A DNA stretch of 63,494 bases, filler included, from Choristocarpus tenellus KU-1152 (GCA_964200185.2; 7 parts of 7 records of this genome joined end to end with filler, not necessarily neighbours in it), one strand, 5' to 3'; positions 50,301-63,449 are shown, counted from the whole stretch's first letter. Notes: generated by a model from the letters alone, not told the origin. Numbers and translations: made by a program.

Positions 50301-52742
50301 TTTCTTCAATGCCTGAGTATGTGCTCCCCTATATGGTACACTTGCTGGCACACCACCCTGACTTCCCTGTGGACAAGGTTTGTCGCAGCTTTGATTCAAC
50401 CCCTCTATAGTGGTTGTTGGTCTCCCCTTCCCCTCCTCCCCCCCAGTGGGATGCAGAATGATGGAAGAATTGGATTGTTCTTTTTCCAAGAGAGTGGGTA
50501 AGGACGGGAACAGCGTAACTGTTGCATTGTCCTGTGCACAGATTGCATGATTTTTCAAGTATGCACTTCAAAGTATAAACGACATGGATCTTCTGTCTTT
50601 GGCACCCTACCTCGTTCTTTTGTGGGTGGATGCTCAATGTTGGCCCTCCATATCTCCAACCTCAATTGTCCATTCATGTCCGACCTGCCTTCACACACTC
50701 CTTACCTACCTCACTGGCCGTCCGCCTGCACAATCACTAGCTGTTATTGTTGCTTGTACCCTACCCTTTTCCCTGTGAAGCTCACTTCTGCCTATGTACC
50801 TTCCCAACCCTCAATGATATCACTACCCAAAGGATGATAAACCTCGACTTAAGAATTTGGAGCGGTGTCTTGTTTTCATCCTTGGTCCGTTACTTGGGAG
50901 TGCTAAGGAAGGAGCCATGGCTAGCGTTGGGGGGGGGGCGAGGGGGTGGGGGGTGGTGAGTATGATAATCTTCCCCTCCTCCTCCAAATGCTGGACACCA
51001 TCGTCTGTTCATATGAGGATGCGGTTGAGCCTGGCAGCGAGCGCATTCAAACAACAGCCCTCTTGGCCCACCAGGTACAAAGAGCAGGCCTGGCTGTCCT
51101 AGGAATGCCCAGTTCTCAATTTGGACAAGGGAATTGCTTGTGTGCTTGGCACAGTATTTGAGTCTTGAGTGTTTGTCTGAGGTTATCTAAGTGGCAATAC
51201 CAGCTTATTCTGTTTCCCCACGCTTCCTTTCCCCCCTTCACTTGTACCAGGTCCTTAGAGGACAGATCCGGACCCAGAACAATCTCCAAACCTACCGTGG
51301 CACCATATTTCTCCCCACATCCCTGTACAAACCTCAGAATGGTGACCTCAAAGGCAATCGCTATAGCCAAGGTGGTTTGGGAATCACCCCCTTCAGCCCC
51401 ACCCCATCCATCCCTGTGTCCTTGGCCTCTCCCTCCCAAAGGTCTCCTACCACAAACACACCACTTCATGCTAATAGCAGCAACAGCAAGGTCATGAAGA
51501 GGGGCAAAAGCAAGGCAGCTGTGTCTCCCCCTGTTACTTCCTCTGCATCACCATCTGCAACATCGTCCATGTCCACACCACAACCTCCACAATCTCTAGA
51601 CTTTTTCAACCCCTCCGCCTCATCCCCAATTGGGCTACCCCCACCACAACACAACTCACTCTTCAGTGGACGTGCTGAACCACACTCAGGATCAAGGTCA
51701 AGGGTGTCTCCTCAGGGAGCTAAGACTGGCGATGATTCGACATCTGGGACCAGGCCAAGGTCAGCTGGTGTGGGAGTGTCTCCAGGAACATCTGTAGGGT
51801 GGGGGAGCCCTATTTTGTCTGTGGAGGAAGGTTCGAAGAATGGAGATAACTTGGAGGAAATGAGATCCCCAATTTCATCCTCGCCACTACCTCCAACACA
51901 AGCATCATCACCTACGTCTTCGATGGCCTCAGAGGAAGGAGGAAAAGCTGCAAGGGGGCCAGCCCGCTCAGCACGGGAAGAACGATTGTTGCAGAGATTG
52001 TCAAAAGAAAGAGGGGTACTGGAGGATGCCCCAATGGTGCCATCACCTAGTGGAAAGAAAAATGGAAGGGCTGCAGAAGCACCTGTGCTCACGAGGAAAG
52101 GAAGGAAGCGCAGTGTAGCTGATATGGACTCAGAAGGCACGAAAAGGGGAGGTATCACTTCAGCTGCTGACTCCGACGAGAGGGATAACAACAAGGAGGC
52201 AAGCCAGCCAGAGGAGATAGACCAGCCCAGTGCAAGTGACAAGGGTCGAGGCCAGGGACAGGATTATAGCCAGGTCAAGGGCAAGGACAGAAGGCGGGGC
52301 AGGCTCAAGGAAGGTGGGGAGGAGGGTAGGGAGGAGGCAGAAGGGAAAACAGCTGTATCGTCTCCAACCAAAAAGGCTCGTCGAGGGGGAAGATTCTCTG
52401 CATCTGTGTCAACCACCACTCAGCAGAATTCTGGACCTGACTCCCCTTCAAACTCCGATTTGAAAGTCGAAAAGGGAGGGGATGATACTGATAACCCTGG
52501 AAAGATTGACCCACCTGGTGCTGCTGGGCCTTCTGCCACCACAGGCAGGACAAAAGGGAAGAAGACCCCTTTGCATGGAGTTGAACAAGAGGTCGAGGCG
52601 TTAGTAACTAAGGCGGGTGACTCTCAAACCATCCTTACCACATCTGCCTCTGCATCTCCAGCAGTGAAGGTTCGAGCAAGCAGAGGTCGGGGGCGAGGGA
52701 GGGGTAGGGGTAGGGGTAGGGGTAGGGGTAGGGGTCGGGGCC
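38375..52742 (+). CDS. PDS5: Sister chromatid cohesion protein PDS5 (HEAT repeats + long disordered tail), partial at both ends
   Basis: 19 exons: 38375-38518, 39516-39600, 39795-39925, 40254-40376, 40812-40922, 41320-41427, 42530-42757, 43863-44007, 44339-44430, 44909-44986, 45350-45460, 45726-45859, 46600-46789, 47457-47621, 48323-49150, 49516-49719, 50123-50377, 50833-51074 (1-nt frameshift in a G-run), 51251-gap. PDS5 hallmarks are SDLAEHV..LVYEL..LLYVLP, FLGRFKD, RLLDPEWEVR, ERIKDKK..IRKDA..GL, WIP, GTPGQAE.AV and MPEYVLPYMVHLLAHHPDF. Confidence 0.93.
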
Positions 52743-54783
52743 NNNNNNNNNNNNNNNNNNNNNNNNNNNNNNNNNNNNNNNNNNNNTTAATTAATTAANN
52801 NNNNNNNNNNNNNNNNNNNNNNNNNNNNNNNNNNNNNNNNNNGACAACGTAAATGCACTTTTCCTCATTTTGACCCAAATGAACCCCCTGGTGTAGACCT
52901 CCCCCCCCCCCAGATAATTTGGGTCTGGAAAGATTGTGATAATTACATAGGGATCTCATTGGTGACACAAGCTGACAAAGCTCCTTCTTATTGCTAAACC
53001 TGCCAGGAGCCAAACCGACTGAGAGGTAGGCAGGTTTAGATCCTTTTGCATTCTGACCCATAGTACCCTAGGGGGGGAGTCATGTGTCCATTCGGGGCCT
53101 GTGCGATCCTGTAGTGATTTTCACTACATCTGAATGAACGTGTCAGACGTAAGGGTAATTTCCTTAATCTGAACGTACTTTACTTTTCAATCCCCTTGCC
53201 TGAACCAAATCCGAAGGAAAATAACTCGCAAGAAGGGCATCGCACTGGTATCTTACAACACCTCATCAATCCCTGGATAGACAACCTGGTCTTAACACCC
53301 CCCCCCCCCAAAGATACTATGGGCCTCTAAGTCATCTTTCTTACCCTGTGCAATGCACTCCATTCGATTCCTTAATGCGCACAATAGTGTGTGCAAAATT
53401 GATATTCCCCCCTGCCACACACAAAATGAAACCACAATTAACCGACGGTTCTTTCTGTAATTGTAGAAATTGTCATTTTTTCCTTTTTCGGGATCCATAA
53501 ATGCAACCCTGCCCACTTCTCGATCGATTTGGCTCTAGATAGTACTGGGCAGCAGATTTTGCAAGGAAAATTCACTGGTCATATTTTCTGTATGGCGGTA
53601 AAACACCCGCAAAGGACTATGTCTGCAGGGAGGGTTTCTCACTGTTCTCCTCACCGACCCACCCATGCTACATGTCAAGAAGGAGGAACGCACTTGGTCT
53701 AAGCACAGCATACAATGCCTTCTATCAATTATTAGTTGGGCCACCTATGCCCAATAGACAAGAACAAGGTTTGAATTATATTTCAGTATGATAACGGTTC
53801 AAAGGAAGATGTCAATAATGAATAATGGAGTACTCTTTTGCATTACTCTCTCTGTTATGTTTTTCATACCTGTACAGGATGATGTGAGAACTTGAAGTAC
53901 TACTTGAGTAACAGTGAACTTATGTTGTGAATGACAACCACTGTTGTTGTCAGGGAGGCAAATACAAGATTGATGGAGTTGGCACAAGGGTATGATGGCT
54001 GTAAAAGAAACTGGTGATGGTACGAAGTATTGAATGTATACCACCATCAGGACATTCATGTCAACGTGTATTGGATGTATTCCTTGTACGAATGTACCGA
54101 CCCATTAATTCCCCCATAGTTGCGACAACGTTGGGCCACTTGCTGGTTCTGGAATATTTTTTTGTCCAGACCGTGCCAAGGCCAAAGGGATTGGGTGGGG
54201 CGAGGGTACAACTTGGCTCAGTATTTTCTTTTGGTAAGGGTTGGGTCAGGACCTTAGGAATTTTGCAAGGATTGTACCACGGTTGGCTAGCGCAAGGTAT
54301 GTTTGGAAGGACTAGCCTGGATCTCAGTTTTAGCTTGGCTGCACCCAGGTATATGCAAGAAACAATAACAACAAATATGAAATATATACTGAAGCATATA
54401 TTCAAGAGTTTGATGAGGGGGTACATGTATGATTTACTTTCACTTAGAGTCGAAAACATAGTTTCATGTTGAGTTAAATAACAGAAGAAAAGGGTACACT
54501 AATGACAAGTAAAATAATAATATTCTGCAGTCAAACACGATGTTTGCTGGCATGTAACTCAACAAAATTAGGAATGAGGTACGGTTTTCAACGTGGTGGT
54601 AGGTGCTTTATTACTTCCCACAGTTTTTTTTGTTGAGTTGGATGGACTAGGGCGGTGCTTTACGTACCGTAATTTAAAAACCGCTCAGAGCACAAAATTA
54701 GTGTGTAGGCGTAACAATTATAGGGCGGATGCATACTTTCTACGTACTCTAAAACACTCTCATCTTAGCGAGTGTGACAGACT

Positions 54784-54867
54784 GTGACGTTCACGAAAAA
54801 TCTCGTGACGCTCACGAAAAATCTCGTGACGCTCACGAAAAATCTCGTGACGCTCACGAAAGATCTC
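54784..54867. repeat. 21-bp tandem repeat x4 with an internal palindrome
   Basis: (gtgacgctcacgaaaaatctc)4; each junction-spanning unit contains CGTGA-cgc-TCACG. Confidence 0.9.
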
Positions 54868-56402
54868 TTACTACTGTTTCTAGGTACAATACTAAGAAAA
54901 ATTAAGGTGGGGTGCACTCCCTTGAAAAAGACTTAAAAAGTAATGTTGATGACGTGGGTGTCAACACACTGTAGCAAGTTTTGTTTGTCTATCGCATTGT
55001 GTCAACTACCGTATGGAAGGCCTTTCCGTTTCATACCATACTAGGATAGTATTTGAAGGATTGCTGGCATTGACATGTCCAACAATGGTAACCATCCCCA
55101 CTGATTTTTCCTGTGGGAGGGTATCATTTTGCCGAGTGTACACATTGTCGCACCTGATAGTGAATATTACGTCCAAATATCCGCATCATCCCTATCGTTC
55201 TGAATTGTGTTAACCTTTCCCCCAATGTATAGTTCTCTCCACAATATGCTTCTTGGAAGTATATATTATTGACTTTGGCTCAAAGTATCTGGGGAGGGGG
55301 TGGCGGCTGTCCATTATGGGTCAATTTTTTTCATGTGATTTGGTTGCATACGTCGGATGGATACTGTAAATGCACTTTTCCTGATTTTGGTCCAAATGGA
55401 CACNNNNNNNNNNNNNNNNNNNNNNNNNNNNNNNNNNNNNNNNNNNNTTAATTAATTAANNNNNNNNNNNNNNNNNNNNNNNNNNNNNNNNNNNNNNNNN
55501 NNNAATAGGTCCCGAATGGACAGCTGCCACCCCCCCCCCCCAGGATACTTTGGGCCTCTTCACGAGGAACCCAATGGTGACCACCACTCGCTCTGACTTG
55601 TCCTGTGCAAGGATGTCATTATTATTATTATTAGCAAGTGCACACATTGTGATCACTGTTCCGAAGGGTGTTGATAACACTTTTGCGAATTTTGGGTTGC
55701 TAAACCACACCCAGAAAATCTGTTCACTGGAGCATCACTTTTTGTAGATCGGATCTACGGCTGAAGTTAACTCCTCTTTAATCTCCATGTGCCTTTCACA
55801 GGGGAGAAGTACATACCTCCAAAGTCTGAGAGCTATCAAGTTATCTCTTGTTTTTCAACCAGAGATTAAAAAGTATTAGAGTTAGAATCCACAATCAATG
55901 AAAGGAGACTTCGAGTGGTGAGCTTCAGGTGAGGGTAAAGGGAAACAGTCATTGTGCAGTAAAAGTAATGTCATCCACATTGACACACCACAGGAATGAA
56001 GTCATGCATACATGCATGATTTTTGCTAGAATTGGTTCTGTTCTCGTCACTGATACTACTACTGTTGGTCTCCCTTACACCAAGAAAGCTGGAGTGTGTG
56101 AGAGATGGAAGGGCAGGAATACAGCTAATCATTGATACATATTTTCTGTTTAATATATATGCGGGAGACTGGGTATCTGTCTCTTTCTTAGTCATTACAA
56201 CCAGGGCACCAACCAGAAATTTATAAAAATCTTCCGGCTGACAATTTCAAGGCTAAATTGGGAAGTTTCACCAACCAGGTACTAGGGATCTTGGAGGATT
56301 GTTTACAGTGTTTCGAGTTATACCTCCAATATACACCATACATATACACCAGCGGTATATGTACTCACTAGTATATACAGTTATGACATTCTGCTGACAC
56401 TA

Positions 56403-56689
56403 GGGTCAAAGTTATCGAGAGGTGCCCAGAGTTTAATTTTTGAGGATGACAAATTGTGTAAAATTCGTCTGTTTTTACAAATGCAGACAGGATGTTTCCT
56501 GAATTGTGACAGAATTGTGACAGAATTGTGACAGAATTGTGACAGAATTTTTTAGACAACAAAGAAATACACTTTTTCTAGTCAAACTTAGCACTAAATC
56601 CATACTATTATAGGTGAATTCCAAAAGATACAAAAACTGCCTTAAAATGCCGAATAATCCTTAAATCTTGCTACCTCTACTTTTGGCTC
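56403..56689. mobile_element. Degenerate TIR element related to the AAAGTATC family, carrying an 11-bp tandem repeat
   Basis: It starts GGGTCAAAGTTATCGAGAGGT and ends ACCTCTACTTTTGGCTC, with (gaattgtgaca)4+ at ~56501-56548. No clear TSD. Confidence 0.5.
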
Positions 56690-58954
56690 ACTGGAATTTT
56701 ATCCTCCAGGTTATTTGGTATCCCGATTGATTACAACCACAATAGTATGTAGAGGTGAGTGGTGTCACAGGATGTGCTTGAGTATATACTTTGTAGATAC
56801 ATTATGTTGCATTTGTCTTTACTCTCCCAACAACAACAATAATAATAATAATAATATACGAGAAGAGGTGTATTGATAGATATCTATATAGTGAAAAGAA
56901 AGTAAAAAAACAAACAGTAAAAAGGTGTGACTACCCCTACACTAAACCAATTGTAAAATTAATGGCGTAAGAATCGCGATCATTTCATCAATCAACCTTC
57001 ATATGTGACTTATTGATTGTTATCATTCCTTCCATATCACACTCATGCATTGGAGGTAGCTCTCTTTCACTGGTGATGTGTCAAGTTACTTTAGTAGTAT
57101 GACCAACCAAAACAGGGAAGAGCAACACATGATCTATCTCATCTCAGGAGTACTTCAGCTCAATTAGGTATTTATTATTTCATTTTTTTCAGATTGCAGG
57201 ATAAGGCAGAGCACTGCCCACTGCCTCCTCCCTACCTAATCCACATACAGAGACAAAATACTGCTGCCGTTTCATCTTTGCAATCATACTACAATACTCT
57301 ACACATGAATTTCTCCCCCAGCAAAACACCATCAAAGCCAACAAACATAAGTCAGATAGTAATACTCCCTTGAGGGTAAGGGGTGCACCATAGTACCCCC
57401 ACAAAACAGGCACAACATCAAATACACGCCTCCTTATCCCCTCAAATGGTTCCCCCATTCGGTGGACCATGGAATACCCTTTCTATTTTAGCCTCAGGGT
57501 TTACCACATTTACAGACCCAGACCAAGAAGTAGCTCAACCCTCTCAGAAAGACTGTCCAACCACTTCCCACACTCTGGGTGCCAAAGTTTATCTCAGTCT
57601 TCCACATCACTGCAATACTGCACCACTGTTGTGAAAATATCGTAAACAAGTTTGTTTCTCAGACAGGACAATGACTACTCAACAAAATTTTATACTTCCC
57701 AGGATGAACAATGGAAGTTGGTGGGATGGCATAATAACGAATCACCAACAAGGTAAAGGTATGCCTCACGTACTGTCAACAGTTTCCTCTAGAGGTAGCA
57801 AGTCATAATATGCCACCAACCAAAACTGGTCCCTATTTCCTAACTGATGTTTTTGCTAGCAACCCACAAGGATCAACCCAACCCTTTTCTCAAAAAAGGG
57901 ATTTTTGTCAACCTCTTCTGCAAGCATTTTTTGCCACTCCAGTGTGCATAGCACAGGGGAGGTAATCACACAACAGGTGTGAGACCTCTTCCTATGCTCA
58001 AACAGCATTCACTGCTAAGACTACAACCCTTCCACATCATGATGGCACCAAACGCCTGCCCACCCCTCTGCAACCCCTACAACCTCAACATTGTCCATTC
58101 AGGCCTCCTGATGAACATGTCAATAAGTCCATATCCTTCTCAGTGAATGAAAAGAAGTGGCAACAATCAAGAATCAAACATCATCCTCTCTTCCCCTTCA
58201 ACACAGCAATAGCTCCACTTCCTAGCCAAGTAATACTAGGAAAACACCTACACATGTAATACCAACTGGCTCCACTTCCCTCCATGCGCGCATTGTTTTT
58301 ATCAAGGTATATTAGTGCCTGTGGTGATGTGCTCTACATCAGAGCAGTATAGCAGAAGTAGTTTGAGTCCTGCATCAGCACCCAGTCACAGCAAACATGC
58401 AAATGCGTACCCCTAGCTTGACTAAGCCGGCAAGTATCTGTATATATCAAGTATCTGAATGCCTACTAATAACTACCGTATCCATAAGCTGAGGGGGTGA
58501 TTCATTGAACCACCTAACGCAAAAACAAAAGAAAAAAGGAATAGAGCCAGTCCTAAATCACCCCTCCCCGACCAAAGGCAGTGTGAAGGACATGCATGTT
58601 TACAACAAGGGGGAGCTCCAGTCAAGACCACACACCATGCCTTTGCACATCTCCTAACCTTGAACCGCTGCTTTGTCAAAAGAACTCTTAACACACTCAA
58701 GCACAACCAACCACGCACGTCATCCAAAGGAACAAGCAAAAGCAGGGAGGGGCAAGCAAAACAACCCTTTACTTTTATTTCTATCTCCTTTGATGGAAAA
58801 CAACAAGACGAAGTGATATGATCCCCCCACCTCCTCCCCCCACAAAACTTTTTACCATGTGCTAAAAGAAAAAAGTTACCATTTCCAATGCCAAAACTTT
58901 TCTCTCAATAAACCCTACCCCCACCCCCAACACCCCCCCTCTCCTCTGGGCACA

Positions 58955-60533
58955 TTATGCCAATGCCCTCTGGGCCGCAGTGAAGCCAGTGAAAATAGCT
59001 GCGTTGACTGGAACGGCCCTGGTGATAGAAGGGATGAAGCCCTTGTAGAATGCTCCCCAGCCCTCTGCTCCAGTCTTCCGGAAGCAGTCAACAACTCCCT
59101 TGTAGATACGTTGTGCTGGGTCAGTGTGGTCCCCCTGTCAAGATACATAAGTAAAAAAAGTGGAACAAATGTATAATGAAAAAAAATTGGCTGCATTGCA
59201 GCAAGGACATGATCATCATAGTTGTCCTCCCTCTTTCAAATCCCTCACATGTAAGTAACTTTACTGTCAACAGAGAGACCAAGTATACACAGACGATTCA
59301 ATGAGACACTACAAAAACTTAAATAGAAAGGTTCTACAATCTACCCACCCCCCACAACACGCACGACCTCACCCAACAGAATAAAACAATCTGGAAATGT
59401 GTACACTGAAAAATGGTCCAGGCACCAAAAATATCTTTTTTCTTAATGCAACTGTCAACTGTTGAATGTTCCAACTCTTGCACAAGAATGACTGCACACA
59501 AAGCAAGTTAAACAAAAATAATCTGACTTAGTGAAAGCCAAAACCAGCAAATACATCATTCAAACTACCAACAGAGTCAAAACTTTCACACGTACATGGA
59601 TTGATATCTTGCATGGTCATACCATATCGCACCTAGACAGTAACCTATCTAAATACTTATCGCACCTGGACAGTAACCTATCTAAATACTTATCGAACCA
59701 TGGGTGACAACCCCCCCCCCTCAAAAAAAAGAGAAAATATGAACACTTCTTTTTCTTTTTTTATGTGAACCAACTTTGGACGCGCCAATCTGCAGCATGA
59801 AAACATAGGTATATATACATATATAATATAAACTAAAAAATGCAACAAAATACGCTTATCACCGCATGTCTCCAGACCATGGATGATAGTAAAAATTAAA
59901 AATAATGTCTTCTACAAAACGAGAGGGTTATCATCATGACGACTTCAACAACCTCAACAACCTTAACAATCTTCCACATTGTCTACGGTCTTTGTCTGTA
60001 TCTCATACACCAAGTCTCAACACATCAAACCCATCTCACAACCCTCAAGGCAATCAAAAGAACCTGTATTTGTTCTCAATTTCACCACAAAACATCATGA
60101 AAACCTTAATATTACCAACTCCGCCAACACTGCCAATGGACAAGTTTCGAAGGCGTGATTAACATCGACAGACCTTTTCAACCACCTGGAAGTAAAATTT
60201 GCTTGAAAATATCTAGAGGTCCCAAGTGGGGAAAGGGGGGGGGGGGGAAGGGAAGGAAGAACCCTTGGGAAAAAGACACTACACCTCAAAGGTCACTCAA
60301 GAGCAACCCCCTGATAATCTCAATCGAAAAGCACGCCAACACAACTTAGAAACCTCACATCCTCACCCCTCCATCAAGGAAGTAAAAAAAGAAAAACAAA
60401 CCTGCATGCGTGTCTTAATGGTCTCTAAGGGATACCATACTCCCCAGAAACCAGCCCCAGCTGCCCCCCCTGCAACAAAGCATGATGGTAGGGAAGGCTC
60501 TTCTCCTTTCTTTGACAATGCCTTCTTAGTTGC
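58955..60533 (-). CDS. Mitochondrial carrier (SLC25; carnitine/acylcarnitine or basic amino-acid carrier-like), last two exons
   Basis: Not in the ORF track. Exon 60533-60402 reads ATKKALSKKGEEPSLPSCFVAGGAAGAGFWGVWYPLETIKTRMQ (Px[DE]xx[KR]x[RK] signature). Exon 59134-58955 reads GDHTDPAQRIYKGVVDCFRKTGAEGWGAFYKGFIPSITRAVPVNAAIFTGFTAAQRALA*. Confidence 0.93.
59625..59695. repeat. 33-bp tandem duplication (intronic)
   Basis: tatcgcacct(a/g)gacagtaacctatctaaatact occurs at 59625 and 59658. Confidence 0.85.
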
Positions 60534-60921
60534 CTGTGGTAGAGATGAGACAGTTTGGATCAGGAGCAGGGTTCAGCCAATTACAGTAGTATATATATGT
60601 ATGAGATGAAAATCACCAAAAAAGAGAGACCATGCAGCTCAGGATTAAGACAGAGATGGAGTGGAGGGTGTTAGGAACTACAGACGCTTGGGGGGNNNNN
60701 NNNNNNNNNNNNNNNNNNNNNNNNNNNNNNNNNNNNNNNTTAATTAATTAANNNNNNNNNNNNNNNNNNNNNNNNNNNNNNNNNNNNNNNNNNNNGACAC
60801 CCTGGTGTAGCCCCCCCCCCCCGTCCCAGATACTTTGGGTCTGACTCTTCCAGGAACTATCACGGCCCTGCAATATGATATATCCGAACACTTGCTATTC
60901 AATTTGGTATTTCATTTTCAG

Positions 60922-61080
60922 GACGCTAAAGAAGACAACTATTGTGCTCTGTTTGAGGAGGGTGAATATCACTGGTTCGTTGACTCCTTACTCGCTGCTA
61001 CGGAGTACTCTCACTTCTATAACACCATGCTGAGGGAAGCTCGAAGAGCTAGGTGTCCCTGGTCTACAAATCGGAAGTAG
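60922..61080 (+). CDS. Last exon of a BART-domain (ARL2BP/CFAP36-like) protein
   Basis: ttttcag|DAKEDNYCALFEEGEYHWFVDSLLAATEYSHFYNTMLREARR..*, resembling the BART C-terminal FxxxLLAxxDYxxFxxxM helix. Confidence 0.6.
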   Translation, partial: DAKEDNYCALFEEGEYHWFVDSLLAATEYSHFYNTMLREARRARCPWSTNRK

Positions 61081-63264
61081 AACCTACAATGCAATAGGGA
61101 GGAAATGCATGAATGCATGCATTAGGCACATTCTTCCTCACAATGGTCATAGAAATGTCCAGTAATTATAGCATTATAATCAGCAGAGGAAAAAACAGAC
61201 GCAGGTACGAACTTGAGTGATGTATGTGTCACATTTTTGCAGAGAGATAACTCACAAGTAAGTCTAAATTCTCCTCAGCATATATATATATATTATACAA
61301 AAAACGTGAACACCACATATATGAGAGATTCTGAAGGGTATTTACATTTTTTTTGCATGCTGCATGGACTTTGACATAGGTGTAATGCTCTACATTTCCT
61401 CAAGTTGGGCACGACTCTCTACATAGTCTGTGAGATCTGTCTTAGCTGCATCAATGAGAAACGTTTCTTATTGATGTAGAAGGAGCGGTTACATCCAAGA
61501 CGTGCATGTAAGGTCGGTGACAGCACTGAAACTAAGTTCACACAATCTGTACCCTCTGTGCAAAATTATCACTAAAAATGGAACTCTGCGCGAAAGAAAT
61601 ACAATCAAAGTACTCCTGTGTACCACATAATATTTGGCCTCTCGCTTTGGTAAGAGGTCATCGGATCAAGAACTGCCTCAAGCAGCTGGTGGAGATAGGT
61701 ATCATGGCTTTACTGTTATGATCTGGGCTGGAGATGCTGAGAGACTAGAGTGAATTGCATTCCCTTGAGAAAAGAGGGGGTGACTTGATTTTTTCTAGTA
61801 GGTTAGATCTGCTGAGTAACGACCAGAACATCTAATGTATTTGCAACAGAAGCATCGCAGGAGCAATTATACGACATTGTCCTAGCAGGGATATATCGAC
61901 AGCTGTGGTTGCTGCTTGGAGCAATGACATAAGCATGATTCATGGTGGCGGCTCACAAGTGTTATCACTTGCAAAATAGGTAACCCGTAGGTATTTCCCA
62001 AATAAATAGTGGCCAGACACAACAAAGGTTAATAGAAATGACTGCAGATATTGCTAAGATTGATACAATTCCTCCGTATTCTAGAAGAGATTATGAATAC
62101 TCAGTTGTCAAGGATTGAAATGAGTTATATCTATAACTGGGAAAATTTGATTGATTATACATGCAGGCAGGAGGATGCTTTGATAATGAACTGAAGGAAA
62201 ACCTCTCCAATTATGACAATCTAATTTCCCTTATCCATACTTTTGTCATGTGTTAAGGGGAAGTCGAGGGAACGGGCAGTCACAATTAACGCTGATATCG
62301 ATTTCAAACATATGGATTTCTTTTGATCAAAAGCAAATCCAACTCCACTCTAAAACAAGAAATGTGTACATACAAGCTGAGGTCAATGTTTTTATCTGAA
62401 CATTTCAAGGCACAGAAAATTATGGTCGTGATACCTGACCCAGTATACGTTTCTCACATACCTGGACAGTATATCCCATTGGCACAGGACCGAATGATTT
62501 AAGAATTGTGTACTAGAAAAAGGGTTGTCGACATGCCTTTATGGCCCTCAGCAAGGACAGTAATATAACATAAAATTGTCTATTACACCAATAACTTCTA
62601 CATACAAAGCACACACATACATGCGTTTTGGTAGGTCACACCAAGGCAGTAAATTACCCTTTTCGTTCTATCTAGTGATTCCAGCAGTCATGGAGAATTT
62701 GATTCCACTAGCCAAATCGATATTTAAAATTTACTGCTAGAGCAGATTGCCACCCTTATTCAGGGTACTTGAACTACACCTAACACAACTGACTTTCAGT
62801 GCTTCATATGCTCTGCAATAAAAAATTGCCAGTTCTTTCGCTTAGTCCATAATCATGGGTTGAAGACTTCTACTTAGCAGAAATTTGTAATTCACACACC
62901 AAACATAGGTGTGTCTGGTGACTGTTGTTCACAAGAGAGCCCCATTCCTGATTGTCATTTGTGTTGACAATATTGCAAGGATGGATATTTGTCTTCATAT
63001 CTCAACCATGAAAATCGTTGATTGGTTCTACTGGATATGATGTTGGCCAGCAAAGCAAGTTAAGAATATCACTCCCGGAGTATTGAGCAAGTTTCAACAA
63101 GGGCTGCTCTAGTAGAGTATCAAACGACCCACTCAGTCTACTATTGCAAAGCCTGACATAGTTCTTTTTTCGTTTTCTGAAAATGTACAAGAAATCCTAA
63201 GGAGAATCCAAGTGGCCTCCTCGATGATTACACATATACAATGAAACAGAGAATCAAGGGATTA

Positions 63265-63449
63265 GTCTCAAAGTATCTGGGGGGGGTGTGTGGCGGCTGT
63301 CCATTTCGGGTCAATGTATTCATGTCGCGATTTTTGGGTGATTTGGTTGCATACGTCGAATGGATAATGTAAATGCACTTTTCCTGATTTTGACCCAATT
63401 GGACACCCTGGTGTAGACCCTCCCTCCCCCCCCCTAGATACCTTGGGTC
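63265..63449 (+). mobile_element. MITE family B (~185 bp, TIR CAAAGTATCT + G-run), full copy
   Basis: GTCTCAAAGTATCTGGGGGGG...CCCCCTAGATACCTTGGGTC. Fragments of the same sequence occur at 34926-34948, 52843-52925, 55277-55403, 55504-55556 and 60796-60840. Confidence 0.85.

Noticed and set aside
48447-52553. Several 90-176 aa ORFs antisense to or overlapping PDS5 exons
   Set aside because: They are shadows of GC-rich low-complexity coding sequence and carry no recognisable motifs.
53600-57640. Possible exons at ~53628-53769, 54169-54348, 55556-55602 and 57490-57640
   Set aside because: Splice-like signals exist, but I could not build a phase-consistent, recognisable protein.
61803-61952. Perfect vertebrate Kozak GCCGCCACCATG on the minus strand opening a 46-codon ORF
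   Set aside because: The peptide is unrecognisable and has no other support, so it is probably chance.
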